DNA of 64,000 nucleotides from the human T2T-CHM13v2.0 reference genome, Homo sapiens: the NCBI RefSeq assembly GCF_009914755.1, contig NC_060947.1; one strand, written 5' to 3'. The notes beneath the pieces are model-generated. The model did no database searches and was not told the origin of the DNA. It worked only from the letters and a program-made list of their open reading frames with translations. How positions within the stretch are numbered: the stretch's first letter is position 1; every line of letters starts with the position of its first letter. A program made the translations under genes and the position numbers. Below are positions 58,706 to 64,000 of this stretch, one piece after another.

Positions 58706-59849
58706 ATGGCTGGAAGTCTGGATTCCTAATTTCTATCATTCAACAAAGAAACATTTATTGTCTTCTATGTGCCGGGCACTTTAGTAGACACTGAGGTGAG
58801 ATGATAAATATTGAGACCCTATCTCCATCATTGAGGTACTCCTAATCTAGCACAGGTGATGAAAACACAGTCAAATAGCCCTAGGGCAGTGTGCCATCAG
58901 AGAGAATAATGGAGGCTTGCTAAAGTAGCACTCAGCTAGTGGGGTGGGGGTCTGAAGAGACTTGGTGAGGGACACGGTTGCTTAATTGAGTCTTAAGCAT
59001 CAACCCTGCTCCCATTCCCAAGCTGTGTTTTGTTACCATTTTTTTTAGATAGGGTCTTGCTATGTTGGCCAGGGCAGTCTCGAACTCCTAGCCTCAAGCA
59101 ATCCTCTCGCCTCCGCCTGCCAGTGTTGTGATGACAGGCGTGAGCCACCGCGCCTGGCCTCAAACTGTTTTAAACCTCTATTCCTAACTCCCTGTGTGAG
59201 CTCAGCAAAATATTGGGCTCTCTGGGCAGCCTCGGTTTCTTTCATCTTCAGAATGGGGGCAGTAATCTCTGAAGTGGGCCCGAGTGTGCTGTGTGCTCTA
59301 TCTCCCATCTCGCCTGGTCCTATGTCTAACATCAACCCCCATGCGAGGGCATAAGACCAATTTCCTTAAGATACAACGCAAACATGTGGCAGAGCTGAAG
59401 AGTACGGAATAATGAGAGATGGAAGGAGTGGAAGCGAGATGGGGTTTCGCGCAAGGGGTGTGGCCCCAAAGGAAGGTGCGGGAAAAGGTAGGGGTTAAAC
59501 CTCTATTCGGATTTAACCACCTTCCTGGATTTAACCATCTTTCCAAAGCTTCTCCTCTCTAACGTTGAAGCGGGAGCTAAGTAGCAGCAATGGGTTCCCT
59601 CCCCACCTCCCCCCCACCCCCGCAACCTTATGCAGCCGATCTTAAGGACCAGGTACTGAGGAATGGGCTGTCCTTTCCGACCTGCACCCCTCAACGATTG
59701 GGATCGCTTTAGTTTCTCCCTGGAGTCGAGCATTTGCCTGCACTTAAAAAAAAAAATCCCAAACCTGGACCCCCTTTGGGGAGGGGGTTAACAGTTTCCT
59801 TAAGTTTTCTCTAGTCTGAGTAAAGAAGGACTTCCTTCTACTCGTCCTC

Positions 59850-60730
59850 AACTATCCCCTGGGGCTTCAGCGGGGCGCGAGAGCTCGGGTCTGGGCCGGG
59901 GGCCGAGCAGGCTGCGCTGCCCCTCCAGGATTTCCTGCACTCGACGCGGCGAGGCCGGCTCGAACTTCGGCCTCCGACGAAGGCAACTCCGCTTCCCTTT
60001 AAAATGCAGCAACTCCCGGCCCCCGCCCCCGCCCCTCGGGCCGCCTCCTCCCCCTCCCCCTCCGCCCCTGCCCAGGCCCCGGCTCCTCCCCGAGCCCTCG
60101 GCGTGGGGGCCTCCTTGCCACCTGCCCGCTGCCCATCCCACATGCAAAGCGTGACCGCCGGGGAAGGAAGCCGAGCGCGCGCGCCCACACCGGCCCTGCG
60201 CCGCGGCGACAGCGAGCAGCTCGCCTACTCCGTCCGTCTGCGCTTACCCAGCATGCACTTCCAGGCCCTGAGCTATCTCGGAGCCGCAGCCCCGGGGTCA
60301 GAGCGGCCGGAAGAAACAGGAAGTTTGGGACGGTCCTAGTCGTGGGGCCGGGAGTCCTAAAAGACAGGCCCTGAACTCCGTGCTGCCTCTCCCTTCCCCC
60401 GCTCCCTCCCTCTGGCGGACTTCCCTGGGGTCCGTTTCGGGGGCTGGCCTGAACTCCGAAAATCCAGATGTGTTTGGGGGTCATTCAAGGCACACTCCCA
60501 GGGTTCCCTTCGCGGTAGCATCTCCTGGCTTTATGGATCGAGGGGTGGGAGGAGGAGGGAGTGCTCCCGCCCTGGTGGGGTGGTAGTCCCCGAGGGGGCG
60601 TTGTCTTCTGCCCGCCGAGAGGGGGAAGGACGCTAGATTGGGGTGGAGGTTGGGGGGCTGGAGATTTGTCTCCCACGGCCAATTCCTGGGCGGATAGGGC
60701 AGTGGTTAGAACCTATGGCGGAGTCCGGAC
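59850..60730. promoter_or_regulatory. Orphan CpG island 3
   Basis: CpG-dense; tandem GC boxes at 60020-60035, ETS motifs CCGGAAG/CAGGAAGT at ~60307-60324, CTCF-like CCCCGAGGGGGCG at 60588-60600. Confidence 0.8.
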
Positions 60731-63220
60731 TTACTGGCTCTCCTTCCCACTGCCAGTTAGCTTTGCTCTAATCTGCCCTCCACATTGACTTAGGCTGCCC
60801 CATTACCCTCAGCACTATCTCACAGACCTGCGCTGCTGCTCACCAGGGGCACCGGGCAAGGGAGCCCCATTCCTAGTGCAGAGAACACAAAGGGCATGCC
60901 CTGTTGAAAGTGATCTCCATTCGCACACCCCTTTGGCCAGGCAGGAAGGAGTGGACTCTCACTTCCCTTGGCTTCCCTCTCAGTCCCCACCCTACCTCAG
61001 CGTTAGCTAAACCACTGACCCAAGCAACCTCAACTGTCCCCACACGAGCCTCTCGCTGGCCAGTAGCTGAAAGGAGTGTGGGTCATGGTTGATCCCAGTG
61101 GGCCATTTTGATCCCAGTATGCCATCTGGCCAATCCTTTTCGGCTTGTGCAGACTAGCCGTTTGGGTGGACATACTCATTCTATAGCTTCACACTCCCAG
61201 CCAGGGACTTTTCCCTTCCCGCTCACTAGAGGTTTCCAAGTTCTCCTTGATGTAGTCGACTCATTGCATCTTCCTAGATTTGCTGAGAGGAGGTGGTGGG
61301 GAGTGAAGAACTAGGAAGAATATTTTGGAGGTGGAAAACTGTAGATGAAAACTCATTGGCTGTAGAATGAATGTAATGATTGTAAAGTGAGACTGTCATG
61401 GCCATCACAGACATTCCCAGGCAGAATTAATTGGGCTTTCCCCTGCGCTCCCATAGATTAGGATTTATACCTCTATTATCACATTGTATTGTAATTATTT
61501 GTTGACATGTTTCTCTCCCCCATAGATGGGGAGCTCCTGGAGGGCAGAGACTATGCCTTATTTATCTGTAGACCTCCCTGCACAGATCCTTGCTTACAAA
61601 AGAGATATTGAATACATGTACTAGAAATGGAAGGGGATCCAACAGGATGACCTTCAGGACCTCGTTCAGCGCTAATATCCTGTGATGCAACTTAAACATG
61701 TGCCCACAGATGTTCTCACGTTCACATAAACACACAAATACACAAAATACCATCATGCCACAGTCGGGGTGTCACTCCTTGGAAAGTGAACAGATGTTAC
61801 ATGATGCCAAGTAAATGGCCTTTTGAAAGTTGAATCTCCAAACCTAAACATCTGAAGTGTCGACAGGCAACGTCACAACTGGTTGGGCTGATTTTGTTTA
61901 CTGCCCTGACTTTTTAAGCAACCACAGCCCTACATAATAGAAACAGTGAGGATTTGAGCTTGAAAAGGCCCTGAGATGCTCTGGTACAAGTCTTTTCATT
62001 TTACAGATGAGAAGGTCCCTGGTCCAAAGTCAGACAGGAGCAGAAATGTCAGTCCTGTAATTCTTGACACTCGGAGCTTGCACGTGTGACACGTTTGTAT
62101 GCAGACACCTGCCTGAACCTGCACACATGGCTGCTGACATGCATAGACGTGGTTGCATCCCCAACCACGTGTGCCACCACGACACAGGGGTACACCCTTC
62201 CCCCAAAACTTACCAAGCAAGTGAAGATGGCCCTATCCCCGTGTAGGGGGAGGCAGGGCTGGCTGCTGCTGATCAGAGAAGGGAAGGCAGGGGTCACCTG
62301 GGCTGGGCAGCCCTTGCCAGAGTGTGAAGGGGACCGAGAAGCCCATAGGTTTGCAGCTGTCATTGAATGTGCTCGGCTCACCCAGCTCCCCTCGGCTCTT
62401 CTCCGTCTCTCGGTCTGCAGAGGGCGAGGAGAGGAGACGCTCCCGGCTCATTCCAGCGAGCCGTGTGCACGCTGCAGGCGTGGTATGTGAGTAAGCGGCG
62501 CGCTTCCAGCTGCTGCCTTATACTTTGAGGGCTGACAGGCCGCCCCCTCCCCGCTAAACAAAACTGTGTAGTGGGGCCGCCCTCACCCACCACTGGCCTC
62601 TCTTCACACGGGCATGATTAAGGCAACCAGGACCGCAGCAAGCCCTTCTCAAAAGGAGAGAAATTATGGCTTTTTCTCCACCTCGCCTGACTGCCTTTTC
62701 CTAGGGGATCTCCTCTCTCAGACCCACCTCCAACTGGAAATCTACGCAGAGTTAACCCCCTACCTGCCTCAGATAGCCTCACTACAGCACACTCTTGTAA
62801 CACTCCAGTGGAGAGTTTGCACCCTAACCATGGGTGCCTGCTTATATTTCCCATTAGGGTCCTGTCTCCCACCTCCACCCCATTCAATACTATCATCCCT
62901 GTCTTACCTTTGTATAGTGCTTCATAGCTTTCAAAGCACTTTCCCATGCATGTCTTATTTCACCTTTACCACACCTCATAAGGCAAGTATTAGTAGCTTC
63001 ACTTTAGACACCAGGAGGCTGAAGCTCAGAGAAGATAAGCAAGCTGCCCAAGGTCACACAGTTGATGCATTGGGGTAGAGCAGGTCTACAATCTTCATCT
63101 TTGACTACAAAGCACACTCTTTGTCCACTCTGCCACCCTAATGCCCAGTTGATATCCAGCTCCCCAAAAGGAGGGGGCTGTCATTCTGCTTCTTTTTTCT
63201 TTTAAAAATTATTATTTTCT

Positions 63221-63617
63221 GGCCAGGCACAGTGGCTTATGCCTGTAATCCCGGCACTTTGGGAGGCCGAGGCGGATGGATCACTTGAGGTCAGGAGTTC
63301 GAGATCAGCCTGGCCAACATGGTGCAACTCCGTCTCTACAAAAATACAAAAATTAGCCAGGCGTGGTGGCGCAGGCCTGTAGTCCCAGCTACTCGGGAGG
63401 CTGAGGCAGGAGAATCGCTTGAGGAGGCGGAGGTTGCAGTTAGCCAAGATTGTACCACTGCACTCCAGCCTGGGCAACAGAGAGAGACTCCGTCTCAAAA
63501 AAAAAAAAAAAAGTAAAATTATTATTTTCATTTTAGAGACAGGGTCTTGCTATGCTGCCCAGGCTGGAGGGCAGTGACTATTAACAGGTGCAATCATAGC
63601 ACAGTGCAGCCTCGAAC
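63221..63617. mobile_element. AluS (+, 63221-63512) next to a FAM/7SL-derived monomer fragment (-, ~63520-63617)
   Basis: The reverse complement GTGCTATGATTGCACCTGTTAATAGTCACTGC retains the 7SL/FAM segment that dimeric Alus lack. Confidence 0.8.
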
Positions 63618-64000
63618 TTGTTTTTCTGCTTCTTTTATACCTCCAGAGCACCTGATATAGGACTGGCTCTGTACATGCTGGGCATTCCCAGGCCAGGGTA
63701 ACCAGACAGACCCATGATACAACCTGCCAGCGAATCCCGGAAACTCCAGGACAGGAGACACTTGCAGGCTAATGGTGGTGTGCACCACCAGAGTCTTCGG
63801 CAGCTCACGGCCCTTCTATCTGCCTTAAGTTGCTGGGGCAGAGAGCAGTGCCAAGGCAGAGAGGAAGGAGAACATCCCTCCGTGTAGACCCCAGCTCTTC
63901 CCTCCCCCTCTCCTCTGGGGCTTCAGCGGGTCCGGAGCTCATGAATAAAGCTAATATTGGAACTAGTCGTATACTAGTTGGAGAGGGGCTGTTGTCTAGA

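Noticed and set aside
63520-63617. 7SL RNA gene or pseudogene
   Set aside because: Lacks the S domain and matches a truncated FAM monomer.

Overview
Alu-rich primate genomic DNA that I recognise as the human Xq26.1 UTP14A locus. The complete 15-exon UTP14A gene lies on the + strand (ATG 9001, TGA 32397-32399, AATAAA 32522). The exons have canonical GT-AG boundaries and join to 2316 nt, encoding the 771-aa U3 snoRNP/SSU-processome protein. The remaining ~31 kb has no credible protein-coding ORF but holds three orphan CpG islands (~34.2-36.1, ~55.3-56.3 and ~59.8-60.7 kb) on the side where, from memory, BCORL1 lies beyond the window end. There are dozens of Alus plus older L1, L2, L3, MIR and MER2 remnants. 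I found no clearly new biological system. The best leads are an in-frame AUG-UGA start-stop element in the UTP14A 5' leader, an inverted Alu pair bracketing the in-frame exon 6, an 86-bp identical tract between inverted Alus 5 kb apart, a candidate C/D-box RNA and a candidate poison exon in intron 6, a locally duplicated L3 fragment beside a palindromic CTCF-like site, and splice signals suggesting non-coding exons at the downstream islands. Repeat boundaries and family calls are by eye and approximate.
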